Shown: one piece after another, positions 12,970 to 27,150 of the stretch
Position numbering within the stretch: the stretch's first letter is position 1
Layout of the letters: every line of letters starts with the position of its first letter
Origin: the human T2T-CHM13v2.0 reference genome, Homo sapiens
Strand: one strand, 5' to 3'
DNA length: 64,000 bases
Assembly: GCF_009914755.1 (NCBI RefSeq)
Contig: NC_060931.1
Notes under the pieces: generated by a model
The model's input: the letters and a program-made list of their open reading frames with translations, nothing else
Told to the model about the DNA's origin: nothing
Database searches by the model: none
Position numbers and translations under genes: made by a program

Positions 12970-13940
12970 ATATATATACTTTAAGTTATGGGATATATGT
13001 ACAGAACATGCAGGTTTGTTACATAGGTATACATGTGCCATGGTGGTTTGCTGCAGCCATCAACCTGTCATCTACATTAGGTATTTCTCCTAATGAAATC
13101 CCTCCCCTAGCCCCCCAACCCCCAACAGGCCCCAGTGTGTGATGTTCCCCTCCCTGTGTCCATGTGATCTCATTGTTCAACTCCCACCTATCAGTGAGAA
13201 CATATGGTGTTTGATTTTCTGTTCCTGTGTTAGTTTGCTGAGAATGATGTTTTCCAGCTTCATGTGCCTGCAGAGGACATGAACTCATCCTTTTTTATGG
13301 CTGCATAGTATTCCATGGTGTATATGTGCCACATTTTCTTTATCTAGTCTATCATGGATGGGCATTTGGGTTAGTTCAAGTCTTTGCTATTGTGAATAGT
13401 GCTGCAATCAACAAATGTGTGCATGTTTCTTTATAGTGGAATGATTTATAATCCTTTGGGTATATACCCAGTAATGGGATTGCTGAGTCAAATGGTATTT
13501 CTGGTGTTAGATCGTTGAGGAATCACCACACTGTCTTCCACAATGGTTGAACTAATTTACAGTCCCACCAACAGTGTAAAAGCGTTCCTATTTCTCCACA
13601 TCCTCTCCAACATCTGTTGTTTCCTGATTTTTTAATGATCTCCATTCTAACTGGCATGAGGTGGTATCCCATTGTGGTTTTGAATTGCATTTCTCTAATG
13701 ACCAGTGATAATGAGCTTTTTTTCATGTTTTTTGGCCACATAAATGTCTTCTTTTCAGAAGTGTCTGTTCATATCTTTTACCCACTTTTTGATGGGGTTG
13801 TTTTTTCTTGTAAGTTTGTTTTTTTGTAGGTTCTGGATATTAGCCCTTTGTCTAATGGATAGATTGCAAAAATTTTCTCCCATTCTGTAGGTTGCCTGTT
13901 CACTCTGATGATATTTTCTTTTGCTGTGCAGAACCTCTTT
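12970..13940 (-). mobile_element. L1PA7-like 3' (non-inverted) segment of a twin-primed L1
   Basis: Reverse complement of ~7099-8070; ORF2p C-terminus on - strand (ORF 13523-13741). Confidence 0.95.
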
Positions 13941-14547
13941 ACCTAGGAATACAACTTAAAAGGGATATGACGGACCTCTTCAAGGAGAACTACAAACCAC
14001 TGCTCAAGGAAATAAGAGAGGACACAAACAAATGGGAAAAGATTCCATGCTCATGTATAGGAAGAATCACTATTGTGAAAATGGCCATACTGCCCAAAGT
14101 AATGTATAGATTCAATGCTATCCCCATCAAGCTACCATTAACTTTTTTCACAGAATTAGAGAAAACTACTTTAAATTTCATATGGAACCAAAAAAGAGCC
14201 CATATACCCAAGACAATCCTAAGCAAAAAGAACAAAGCTGTGGGCATCACACTACCTGACTTCAAAGTGTACTACAAGGCTAGAGTAATCAAAACAGCAT
14301 GGTACTGGTACCAAAACAGATGTGTAGACCAATGGAACATAACAGAAGCCTCAGAAATAACGCCACACATCTACAACCATCTGATCTTTGACAAACCTGA
14401 CACACACAAGCAATGGGGAAAGGATTCCCTGTTTAATAAATGGTGTTGGGAAAACTGGCTAGCCATATGCAGAAAACTGAAACTGGACCCCTTCCTTACA
14501 GACTTATACAAAATTAACTGAAGGTGGATTAAAGACTTAAACGTAAG
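13940..14547 (+). mobile_element. Inverted ORF2 segment of the same L1
   Basis: ORF2p peptide YLGIQL...KLKLDPFL; joint TSD aagtctgtgtt 12959-12969 / 14545-14555. Confidence 0.95.
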
Positions 14548-16222
14548 TCTGTGTTTGTTTTAGGGAACATGGTTCCTCATTGTAGTTATACCTAGAATAA
14601 ATTCTCGTAGTCTCCACGTCGTAGACATTAACAAGGTGAAAAGACTTTATGCCAAATTCCTCATTTAAAAAAAGTGAGCATGATGAAAAAATAAGATATC
14701 ATTTTTGTAAATAAAAAACGTATTAAAATCTTAGAATCCATGCAATATATATATTTCTAAGGGGACATACTAAGCTACATACAGGAAGCCTCAAAGGAAC
14801 ATTAAACAAAGAGATTTACTTTAGATGAAGGCATACTCTGAATATTTTTAATACAAACATTTTTTGAACATTTTTTATGAAAGATAAAAGAGGAAATGTA
14901 AATACACATTTGCTTTAGTATAATAAATTATCTGATTATTTCTCAGTGTATTTACTTGAGCCCTAAGTACACCACTATACTTGTAAATAATATTGTTATA
15001 CTTCTGCATTACATTTCCTAATTGACTCTGGTATGTATATACTACAAAAATGCTCTGTTTAAAAATAGGCAGGAGAAAAGGTATGTTACTAAACCAATGC
15101 AGAATTTTGATCTCATATGCTTGATAAGATATTGTTTTATTGGAGAATAAAAAATAATTTTCTAATTCATTTTAAAATTGCAATTATTTTTATTATGAGG
15201 AACAAAAAATAAGCTATAATAAATTTCAGATAAAAGGAAAAAAAGCCATTTAAGTGAAGAGATTTGACTTCTCTCCGGATTCTGTGATTCCCGAATAACA
15301 TATTTGAAGAATAAGAAAGATCTTCAGTTCTTTGAGGACACAAGGAGGAATCTAAAGCAGTACCCAAAGTGACTTAAATCTCACCAAGATCAGGTCAAAA
15401 TTCTTTCAAAGCAAAAAGATCTTTATCTTTCTTTTTCTACCCATGAGTAATTTTTGAACAAGTGTTACTTGCAAGCTAGTGTAGTTAGTGCTTTGGATAA
15501 AAATAAAAAATAATAAAAAAGAGTACTTGTCTTCTAGAGAGAAAGAAGATGTAAAAACAGTTTTAAAAATTGAAAATATTTAAAACAGAAAAAAATGATT
15601 TGGGATGTAGGTAAAGAAACAAGATAATATAACACATATTTTGAGAGGAGAAGTTTTCAGTGAAAATAGGAAGGTAGCCATATCAAGCTTCAGATAGATT
15701 TTGGAGGGTAATGGCTGGAGATTCATTTCCTTTGGTATTTAAGACCTTTAAACTTATTATTAGGACTATAAGCAGCATAAATTTAATAGTTGGTTAGAAT
15801 ACGTGAAACTAAAAGCATTAAAGAATGAATAGATAGTGACTAAATAAACATAGTGATTGTAGACATCTTTTAAGGAAAATTTATAAATTAAAAAAGAGCT
15901 ACCCTTGACATAATGATATCTAGTTAACAGGTCTGCAAATCAGATGCATCAGTTCTACGTATTTTTCATTTTAATCTGACAATTCTGAACAGTTCTAATA
16001 GATTTCTTATTACTTGCAGCAATTACGTTGACTTCAACATAAGATTTAAAAAAATAAGCCTCAGGTTTCCCTGTTCACATTACTGAAATTATTTTAAGAT
16101 CTGATTTTAAAAGGATATTTATTTTAACACATGTATATTAACTCATACTAGTTTGCATTAATTTATATTATATTTACAATTGGCAATTAATTTCTCTTAT
16201 TTTATAAATATTTTTAAACTAA

Positions 16223-16535
<313 letters not shown>

Positions 16536-19500
16536 AAAAATATTAATTTTTAGAAAATGCTGTGAATTATTGAATTGTGATAAAATATTATATACTTTTA
16601 TTCTATCTGAAATAAGACATGTAAAGTATTGTGAATTTAACCCTGCATAATGCACTATTTTTTCCTCCATGCAGCACCAGAAACAACACATCATAAGTCA
16701 TGCCTAGCACTCATTTAAATGCAACCTCAGAGTCACACTGCATGTTACAAATATCTGGGAGCTGTGTGATTAGTTAACATCTTGTGCATAACCCTTAAAA
16801 TTATAGCAAGTTCTCATGAGATAATTAGCTTACTCTGTTTCTATAATAAAATGAACCATGTTTTAGCAGTGACTCTTAGGAATAGTAGCAGGAAAATATG
16901 TTTAAATCAGATAAATTCAAGAATCTCAGAAGAAAAAATGGAAACAAATAAACATATTGTAATCAAAAATGTTCTTTTCCTAATCCAAATGGACTCTAAG
17001 GTAGCAGAGAAGCAGACTGTTGAATATGGAACTTGCCCCTCACTGCCATCAATCCATCCATGACTCCACTGCAGTATCTTATGCTCCAAGATGAGAAAGC
17101 TAAGAAATACATAAGAGCTTAAATATCTCTTCTCTCTGTGGAACTCAACAAATGTTAGGTTTCTGCATGGGACAGCAACCTCAAAGCTGAATGATGCTTT
17201 TAAGTTCACACAAGTTCATTCAAATCAGAATGAAGCAGGATTTCCAGAGAAAACATGCTTCAGGTTTCACTCCATTGCTACATCCTGAGAGCAATCCAGA
17301 GACAGTCTTGTTATGAGTTGAAACAATACTTGAAAGTGCAAAGAAAACAGGTGACTATTCACCTGCCATTCTTACCAACATCTTGTGTTGTTAGTTTGGG
17401 ACTTCAAAATCTCATGACCCAGAAGTCACACACGGCAACAACAACATAAACACACAAAGGAAAAACCAGACAAGTTTTTAATGTGATATATTATGCAAGT
17501 ACGTATGAAAAGCATGTAAGGCTAAGAGGAGATATTTGTGCATATCTTCTTGGCCTTTGTGACTCAAGAATTTGTGCCTCTTCCTTTTTTCCCAGGTTAA
17601 ATCCCCTAAAAAAACAGAGTGTTTGGCATAAAATGCATGTATTGAAGGCTGTGTACAATGATTCTTAGTTTAGTTTCTCATTTTTAAATAAGAAGCAAGA
17701 ATTCATAATACTGTCTTTTAGCATGGGAAGGGTGAATAAAATTTAAACTTAATGGCATAACACACTTGATAGTGTGATGTTTATCCACAACAAACAAGCA
17801 AGTAGGCAACGCTAACCTAATGGCTTAAGTTACATGAGAAACCAAGCTACTACTTAGTCTAATTGCAGAAGTCTTATTCAGGGGACAAAATTCTCTGGAT
17901 ACAGGGCACTTAATTTCTAATTAAAAGCATGCTATTTGTTGACCTTCATACTTCCAAAAAGAACTGGGGCTACCTTACCATTAAATATATACCTAATATA
18001 TGAAAACAAAAGAAAACCAACAACTGCTAGTAAGTAGTTAAGGAAAAAGAAGATAGAACTGTGTCCCCAAACTCAGACTAGAGAAAGTTGTCAATGTGCA
18101 GTAAAAATTAACTTTAAACTTCTTAAAAATAAAGGCAAAAACTGACTTTTTTCATGTAAAAAATTGAGAGAAATATTATGACAGAATTTTAAGCATATTG
18201 ACGCCATAGTAGGCAATGCACTTGATAGTAATTTGATAATAATACACAAGATCCTGCATTATGCAATAAAAAGACTAATTAAAGATTAGTTAAGATTATT
18301 CTATAGCTGGCCAGAGTAGTACGTTCATATGCTTAGCTTTCTGATAATGAGGTTTAATAGAAAGAGAACTATTTAAGAATTTTGACCAATGACTATCATG
18401 TCCCTTGGTCTGATGTTTTCCCCAGTCATTTAAAGAGTGTGTCTTCATGATCATCTTTTTAATCATCTGCATCATCTGAAAAAAAAATGACAGTTTATTA
18501 TTTTCTCAAAGTTGTAATCTATTTAAGAGGATATTTTACTTTGAGACTATGACCTAAATAATTTACATTGAAATGTCTTTTTGTTGTTGGATTATGGTGG
18601 TAAGAAACCATAATTTTGTTTTTTGTTTGCTTTGTTTTCAAATGTGCCTTCTTGAAAAAACATTGAAGAACACCCCAATTTTATAAGAAGAATAGCATGT
18701 GACTTAATTTTACTCAAAAATTGCTTTGGTTGTATTCAAGTATTATATTAATTCTCTATTTAAATTCCAAAATTTAGTTTTATGTGGTAGGAAAACAGTA
18801 TCTTGATGATTATAAGGTCTTTAAAAGAGTGAAAATTGTTGTTAACATTAGTGATATAAAATTCAATTTTGGACATAACTAAAAAGTAAATAATAATAAC
18901 AACAACACTTATAATAACAACTTCTCCTTATCTTAGTGACAAATTTAAGTCTTATATAACCAAATGTAAGAACGTATTGGGTGTGTATGTTTACCATATT
19001 TCATCTGAACACTAGGATCTATTTTTCTAAAAGTAGTGCTTTTGGCTTGAATAAAAGTAATGTCTAACTCTCTTTTATAATGTCCCATTATGTTTAGTTG
19101 CTTCCTAAGGCTCATTCTAGAATACAGTTTGGAACACATGAAAACATACTTGCTTCTGGGCTGCTATGGACCAGACTAAAAATAACTGCGTAATGTTGGA
19201 CAAGTGTTGTTTAAACAGTGTAGTAAGAATACTAGGATACTAGCACCATCAGATTATTCCTGAACACCATGATCCTTAGGACAATAATGTAATAACATTA
19301 TTCCAAAAGAATGTTTAAAGATTCAGATCAATATTGAGATTCCACAACTTGGCTTATGTATAAAGACAAAATCAGTTGAGTAAAAATGGCAGATTTTCAA
19401 GTTCTTGAACACTATTTTATTATGTAATACAGACAACAAAAATGGAGAATAATAGTTGAAACTAAAATCTTATTCCTCAAGTAGGATACTTGATTAAAAT

Positions 19501-19952
19501 TCTATGAAATTTAATAAAGATTAAGTTGATACTGAGTTTTAAAGAGTCAGATAAAAGATTGCTGTTTCTACAACTTAAGGTTATGATGCACTACTATTTT
19601 GGCTGATGGCTAAAGCCTTGCTTCCATGTCAGACCTCCAAGGGACATGCAAGTGATAAAAGGATTTTGAAAACAATATATTTAAGCTGAGTGAATCCTAA
19701 GGCTATTGCTACCCATAATTCCTGATATCAAAATTCCTTTTTCATTGAAATATTCTCCTTTTCCTCAATGATTGGCTTTATCTGTAAACAGTAGAAAAAC
19801 TGTTTCTTAGAAATCAGAAGGAATGGAAAGTGGTAAATACTCCAGAAGCATCATCAGCGATTAGGGTATTCTGTCTAACAGAAACTTTCAAACTGCTAAA
19901 TCCACTCATGACCTGTGTTGAAAAATGTAAGGCAGATATAATCTATGATAAC

Positions 19953-20084
19953 TAAGGAACTAAATAATTTATAGTCCAAAACAAACTTTTTTTCAGAGTA
20001 AAAGGAGACACTATAAATAATTACACAGGGCAGCAGGCAAAAACCAGGAGTTTCCTAGGCCAACCAACAGTCTAGGTCACTCTA
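19953..20084 (+). mobile_element. MER94-like hAT-Blackjack non-autonomous DNA transposon
   Basis: ataatttatagtccaaa...gagtaaaaggagacactataaataattacacagggcagcaggc...ggtcactcta matches recalled MER94 consensus over ~130 bp. Confidence 0.75.
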
Positions 20085-21669
20085 TTTGTACTTATTTTTT
20101 GATCAGTGAGATGGTGATAATCACAAAATATGCAATTTCTAAACAACAAATTATCCACTAATAATTACTTGGGAAAAAATCATTGTCGGTAAATCAACAT
20201 TAATTAAGTGAAATGGATGATTTTCAATGAATATACTCCTTTGTATTGTGATTATTCTAAAGGGTATGTTTTCTTAATAAGTCTTGTCCCAAAGAAAAAT
20301 CTACATAAACAGTGTTTTAACAAGATTATGCGAAATACTAGTATTATGATAGCTAAACTACAAAGATTAATCAAAAGGTATGCAGAATAATTTTTAATAG
20401 CCTGCATATTTAGGCAACCAATAACAGCAACTCCTTTTTGGTGTGTAGCCTCAAATGGTCAATAAAATGTGAATGTCCAGTTTGCCCAAATTTTCTTCTT
20501 CAGTGTGCAATGAGTAAATATGAATTTAGTAGGATGGTATTTTGAAACATTAACTTTTTTGCCCTTTACATTTGCTTAGTGCTTTTCCCACTTAGGAAGC
20601 TAGATCATGAGATATTCACTTTCAGCGAAACTTTTTAGATCTTAGACTATGACAAGTGCTTCTTGTTATCAATAGCTTAGATCCCAGATGATACTCAAAA
20701 TAAAGAGAATGCATGGTAACTTAGGCACCAGCCTAGATAAAGACTAAGCAAAATGGGTAGAGAAATACAGCCATATGGAATGAAGAGTGAATCCATGAAA
20801 AAATTGGGGTTGGATTTCATCCATACTGTAGTAGGGATATAAGACATAAAAACTCAAATAGCAATGAATTTTAACCTGAAGATTACTTGCACTCCAATTT
20901 TCTGAGAAAAGCCCAGAAAACTGCCACGACAAAAGAACAATAAAGGTTGCCTGTTGTGTAAAGGCAGATAGCCTGAAACAACATCACATGATTTGTTCAT
21001 ACCCCAGACATGGCATGATAACAGTGAAATACTTTTTATGTGCTGAAGAGTAGCATAGGGGCTCTCATGATGCCCTTAGGATCAAGGATGTGAAAGTGTT
21101 TGACTCAGAAAATAGAACATGGGTGGACAATGAGAGAGACTTATAACTGAAGGAGTGCACAGGTTGATGTAACTGGGACCTGTGTGTGAGGTAACTGTAG
21201 TAGACTGGTGTAAGGACTGTGATCATGGTCAACAGTCATTGACTGAGGCTAAATATTCCATCCTCATCCCAGTAAGCTGGTACCAAGTAACTTTTACCTA
21301 CCTCGTAATAATCCTTTGGAAAGATGTTGAGGACCTTTAAGTTGATTGAAATTGAATTTCAGTCATGTGGGAAATGAAGATTTTTAATGAAAATGAGCAT
21401 CAGTAATAGAAAAAATATTTTTATGGTATAAGATTTATCTGTACCACCTAGGAAATGTAAAATAAAAGAGTGCATATAGAGACAATGATGGTGGCATGAT
21501 GTCCAGCTAACAGTCATACGTTATAGTCAACTCAGACAGAAGAAAATCACCTAACGGTACAGAAAACCAAAGCCTCCATAATGTATCAGTTATGGGAAGC
21601 ATCAATTCCAGCTATCAACTAAATGTAGAGACAATAGACATTTTATATTTTTATTTTTAACTATAAAAT

Positions 21670-21830
21670 TTTCCTTGAAATCAACTCTTCAAATTCTCAA
21701 ATTTACAAGTGCAGAAAGTGAGGCTAACAAATGATGAAAATAACTTACCCTAAAATTAACTTTCAAAGTGTTCAAAGTGGGATACTCATTTTCTAGGCTG
21801 CTTTTTAGTTTCTAACAGTATCAGTCACTT
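21670..21830 (-). mobile_element. MIR fragment
   Basis: atttacaagtgcagaaagtgaggct...aataacttaccc. Confidence 0.45.
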
Positions 21831-24479
21831 ACTAGGCTAAATTCAGCAACATTTACACCTCTTGTTTGAAATGAAAAGATAGTTTCTAATGAGTCCCTAA
21901 TGAGTAAGAAATACCATTATTTATACCTATACAACTTGACAGAAGACTTGGACTTAATCCTGTTTCTGACATGTATTAGCTTTGTGCAAATCTGAGTCTT
22001 AACTCATGTTATTAAAATGAGGGAGCTCAAGAATTGTTTGCCCATATTCCATTACTTTCATTCTGAGAACACATAACTAAATATATTTTGTTACATATGG
22101 ACATTAAATGAACTAAATAAGGAAGTTTATAATAATGCCTTAAAACTTACTTGATGTTCAATAGTTTTTGTTGATCAATTAAGGTGATTAATCATTACCT
22201 TTCCCCAAACATGGTTCATCGCTTGATGTATCTGGCCAATGAACTGCCATTCTATGTTCACAAATATATATTGAAAGTATGTTTGGAAGGTTCTAAAAGC
22301 AGAAATTTTTAACACATTGAAGAAAAAAATTGAATTAATCATAAAAGTTGGCCTCTTCCATAGCATTTCAAGTTTTAAAGTCTGGCATATTGCCCTATTA
22401 AAATTCTTGGCTCTTGTGGTTTAGAGTACATTGCTATATTGTTGCCTTATAAGTGATTTAATGTAAATAAAATATTCAATGCATCAATATACATAGTTTT
22501 AGAAAACTAAATTTTTTGGCAATACTATTTATATGCTTGACCTATGTCTTTGTTAAAAAATGTGTGCTCACTGATTTACTTCTTCTTATGGCTAATTGTA
22601 TTTTTAAAAACCAGATAGAAAAGTTTGACATTTGAAGGGTCATTCTTCCCTCAGAATTCATACTTTAGAGTACAGTCTTAATCTGTTATTTTGAACCATA
22701 ATTTTAAAAGAATATCCATGACCAATATTTTACTTTATTTTCTCAAATATCATTTTGTGGCAAACTCTATGTTAAATACTAGTTTACTTTAAATATAAAT
22801 AAATGTTATTAGAAAACAATAAAAAATTATAGACTTTGCTATGAAAAATAGACCAAACATCTACAAAATGTAATCTTTCTGTTTTTTGTGTTTTCATCCT
22901 CATTCCTTCAAAGAAATTTGAGTTGACAACTAATTGGGATAAAAGAGCTATCAATTATTTATTTAAAAGGAAGGCCCAATTTTTACACAGTTGAGTAGAA
23001 TTGAGAGGTCTTACCTCCCCAATCCCTTGGTAAAATGAATAGGAATTTTAATCCTTCAGTCTATTGCACTGCAACGGTTAACAATGGATCAGTGCAACTG
23101 GGTGATTCATCATTTTTTTATTTAGACTTAGGAAATACTTTCGGCAAAAGATTACCTCTCAACAAAATATTTCTGTTGTGTTTGTGTTTGGCGGAGTTTT
23201 TCTTTTTTCTTTTTAAATAGGTGAAACATAATTTTAAAATACTGTACAGAAATATATAGGATCATTTCCATGATTATTCTACCCTTGAAATTCCAATTCT
23301 CCCACCCTCAAACAGAAAAGCTTTTGATTATGATATGTCGCAGAGTCCATGATCAAAGAGGCTGGGGTTTTGCTAACCTCTGGAAGAGAAATCACATCTG
23401 GAAAGAGGCTAATAGTTAAAAGGACAAGACCACTGGGAGAGGGAGAGTGATGGGAAGATGGCAGCACTTTTCCCAGCTAGAAGTTTGATGAGGAAGCCCG
23501 CATTCCTTGTAAGAGTAAGATCGGTTTGAATGACTAGTAAAGAATATTCCCGTACATGGCACTCCACTTTTCTCTTATTCACTTTAAGTAAATTGGACTT
23601 CATTATTGGGAATGCCATATAAAGTTCTCATTAGAGTTGTTTACATAAATTCTATCCATATGCAAGGAAAACTGTCCCACTCCCAAGATTTCTACTTGTT
23701 CAAAGTGTGCTGAGATAATTTTGTGTTTCATTTTGTGGTAAACGTATCACTCACAAGTGTGGTTCACCACATAGAAAAGAACCATAAAGAAGATTGCTTT
23801 TTTTTTTTTTTTTTTGAAAGGAGAATCAGAGATCCTCCCTGAGGTCCAAGGAATAGGTGTCAAGAATCCAGGTAACATAGGTAAATTATTCACTTTCTCC
23901 CCTTAAGCATCCAACATTCCCAATCATCAATATTTCCCTTAGTAAGTTATCAAAATTCAAGACAGCCTCCACTTGCTAAGCTTGCTATTACACATTATTT
24001 AGAAGCATTTCCATATGCTTTGCATCATTAAATCATTTTACAAACCCCAGGATAAATGCATCATGTTTCCATCTTTAAGTGGCCATAAGAGGAAAAATAG
24101 ATTGACAACAGTCTGCAAAAACCGGGAATAGTACCAGACAGAGGTAGAACAAGATGCACTGGTCATTGTTAAAAAACTAAATCAAATTCATTAAGAAAAA
24201 ATAATATGAGAAAAGTCCATACTCATCAATAATACATTCATATGTAAACATTATGCAAATGATTTACTGGTAAACAATGTCTAGTTCTATCACTGATCAT
24301 TTTGTATTTCTTTGCTGTGATTCTTGTCTCGGAAATGAATTTCAAGACGTTCTGGTCTTTGAATGTATTCCACCCTGTAATCAGCCTCAATGAAGAAAGG
24401 AGAAGGAGAATTTGCCCTTTTGTCAGTTTTTTTCTGAACCATGTGACATTTCTTTACTAAGAGGCTTTTGTTTGAAAAA

Positions 24480-24635
24480 GGACTGGTTGACCCATGTAAT
24501 CAGAATTCCTTAGTATGTGCTTAAAGCAAAGCAGAGCTGAGATATTCCTAGTGAGGGGTACAAATGCATCTGCTTGTTTTAAAATGCATCCTGATATATT
24601 TGTGGCCAAGCCCATTTGGGGAAATATCACTGACC
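24480..24635. mobile_element. Possible MER5-like hAT-Charlie relic
   Basis: atcagaattcctt...catctgcttgttttaaaatgcatcctg...ttggggaaatatcactg; degenerate. Confidence 0.4.
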
Positions 24636-24979
24636 TTTATTTTCTAGATCTGCAAAATCAGTCTAATGGCTTTTCAACATTCACTTTTTAGCCTGTATTG
24701 AGGAAGTTGCTTAACTCTTGTCTTCTGTTTTGTTTGTTTGCTTTGTTTTTTAAACGTGTTAAACAGTCATCCCTTACCTCCATTTTTACTTTTAACATTT
24801 TAAAATAATGTTTTTGCCTCCCTTACCAAATAAACTTTTTAATTTATGAGGAAAATAGACCATTGGAGGGACTGGGAATCCTGCCCAAATCTATCTATAA
24901 GAGTCATACACATTCAGATAAATATTATGGTCATATTTTGTGGTTGAGTATATATAGCTAAAATATCTGGGTAGTTGAT

Positions 24980-25238
24980 TTTTTGACAAATAAAAATGAT
25001 AAATACTTACTATGTACAACGGGTTGTTTTGAAGTATATATGCATCATGGAATGATTAAATTGAGCTAACATATGTAGTACCTTACATACTTATCATTTT
25101 TTTGTGGTGACAAAACTTAAAACTCACTCAGCAATTTTCACAAATACAATATATTGTTATTAACTATAGTCACCATGTGATAGAATAGATATCTGGAATT
25201 GATTCCTCTTATATAACCAGAATTTTGTATTTTTTACC
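24980..25238 (-). mobile_element. L1MA (MA8/9-like) 3' fragment
   Basis: L1MA 3' UTR text (ctcagcaattttca..aatacaatatattgttattaactatagtcaccatg); TSD atctgggta(g/a)ttgat 24965-24979 / 25239-25253. Confidence 0.85.
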
Positions 25239-25809
25239 ATCTGGGTAATTGATATTTAGATTTTCATTGAAGAATGGGTTGTACAGTTATTTAGATTAAT
25301 ATTAAAAATACATATGTTAATCTTTTACCTTGCCCAATGTTCACATGATCGACTAAACTTATGCAAATGGTTTACTGTCCTCAAATCTTTGAATTTTTGA
25401 GTAAAAGAGGCCCAGAGATTTTATTCAGCATGTAATAATAACAACTACAATAATAATAAGCACTTGGCATTTACTGATCATTTCCTATATTCCAACCTAC
25501 TAAGGTAGTTTCTTGAACTATCTCTTTCATTTTATTTCAGCAATGGCTAAGTGAATTAGGTTCTATTACTCATTTCCCTAAAATAAAACCAGTTTACATC
25601 TATTTAATAATTTGTTCAAGGTCCCATTGTTATGATGACAGTAGCAATTAAAGATTTTACAAAATGGGTTGGAACAAAATTTCTGATCACTGTATTTTGT
25701 GGAATAGTGTGGAAATAATTTAATACATATTAGATCTAAAATATTACAGAGAAAGAACTCAAATATTATACATACACATACACAGAGAAAAACACAATAT
25801 TAAAGGCAT

Positions 25810-26520
25810 GAATGTTTGTTACAAACACTTTAGAAAACAATGCAGCATTACTTTGTCAAGTTGACTATTCACCTACACTGTGAGTCAGGTAATTCATTTG
25901 TAGGTATGTACTTTAGTGAAATTGTTGCACGTTTGAACTAAGATATGCATAAAATGTTCATACCAGCACTGGTTATAATTTTTGAAAATCATTAGAAATC
26001 TTGAATTTCTATCATAAACAATAGAAAAATAAACTGTGGCACATTAGGACAAGGAAATGTTATGTAGCAGTAAAAATGAATAAACTCTATCTCTATGTAA
26101 TCACATGAATGAGTCAGATACATAATATTGATGGAAAAAAGTTCAAGAAGACTAATAAAGTATGATAACTTTAAAAATCTCTATAAAGAATTACATATTC
26201 TTTATGAGTATTTATACACTAAATAAAATAATAAATACAAGCTTCAAAATAGTGGTTACCTTGGAGGTGAAAGCAGAATGATGGGATATAGGATATAGAA
26301 AACCTATAGGATAGGTTTTCTATAGATGGGTAGATGGGTTTTCTATATAGGGTTTTCTATATGGGTTTCTATAGATGGGTAGATGGGTTTTCTATATAGG
26401 GTAGATGTAACCCTATCTATAACTGGCCAGCTCTGAAGGTGAATCTTAAATTCAGGGTGATTGTTCTATTTGTCTGATTCATAACTTTTCATCTATTCTT
26501 TTTGTGAATCAAACATAATA
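25810..26520 (+). mobile_element. L1ME ORF2 end/3' UTR, degenerate
   Basis: aaatgttcataccagcact..., aataaactgtggcacatt..., tatgtagcagtaaaaatgaataaact, atagtggttacct. Confidence 0.65.
26294..26422. repeat. Complex palindrome plus direct repeat
   Basis: 14-bp perfect inverted repeat 26294-26307 / 26311-26324; identical 37-mers at 26317-26353 and 26366-26402. Confidence 0.95.
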
Positions 26521-26689
26521 TTGCAAAGTGGGATAGGTGTGCACCAGGACACAAAAATTCTGCAATTTATAGGGAGAAATGTCAAGAAATTTTGGGTAAA
26601 AAAGAGACCATGCAAGGAATAAGGGACTTGTTCTGCTGTGTATTAAATATATCATAAATCTTCAGAAATACAAGTTTAAAATATTGGCA

Positions 26690-27150
26690 GAAAAATAACA
26701 AATAGGTGAGAAAAACAAGATAGAGAACTCAGAAACAGATAAATGCATGCATGCGTATGGAATATATGATGATATTTGCATATAAATCTAGTGAGAAATG
26801 CATATAATAAGGTGTTGAAAAATTTGTTTATACATTAAATGTATCAAAATATTATGTACCCCATGAACATGTACAACTATTAGTTGTAAAAAAGTCTGAA
26901 AAAAATTGCTCTCTATTTAAAAGAATATAAAACTAGATCCCTACTTCTCTATTTTTTTAAATCCAAATGGACTAAGCCTATAAATATTAAAATGGAAACC
27001 ATAAAGCATTGAAGAAAATGAAAGTAATAGTTTCATAACCTCCGTGTGGGGGAAGAACTAAGAAATCTAGAAATTTAGCAGCTATTGAAGACAGTAAAAT
27101 AATTAATTACATAACATTTTAAAAAATTTCTACTGACAAAATAAAAGTCA
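26690..27150 (+). mobile_element. L1ME ORF2 fragment, degenerate
   Basis: atagagaactcagaaacagat..., aaactagatccctacttc..., gaaaccataaagcattgaagaaaat. Confidence 0.55.

Noticed and set aside
13892-14521. Longest ORF (209 aa) as a gene
   Set aside because: TTG start in antisense L1 crossing the inversion junction into an L1 ORF2 fragment; no promoter or splice evidence, and an open stretch is unsurprising for a young L1.
24250-25370. Octamer ATGCAAAT motifs
   Set aside because: Expected by chance in AT-rich DNA with no supporting context.
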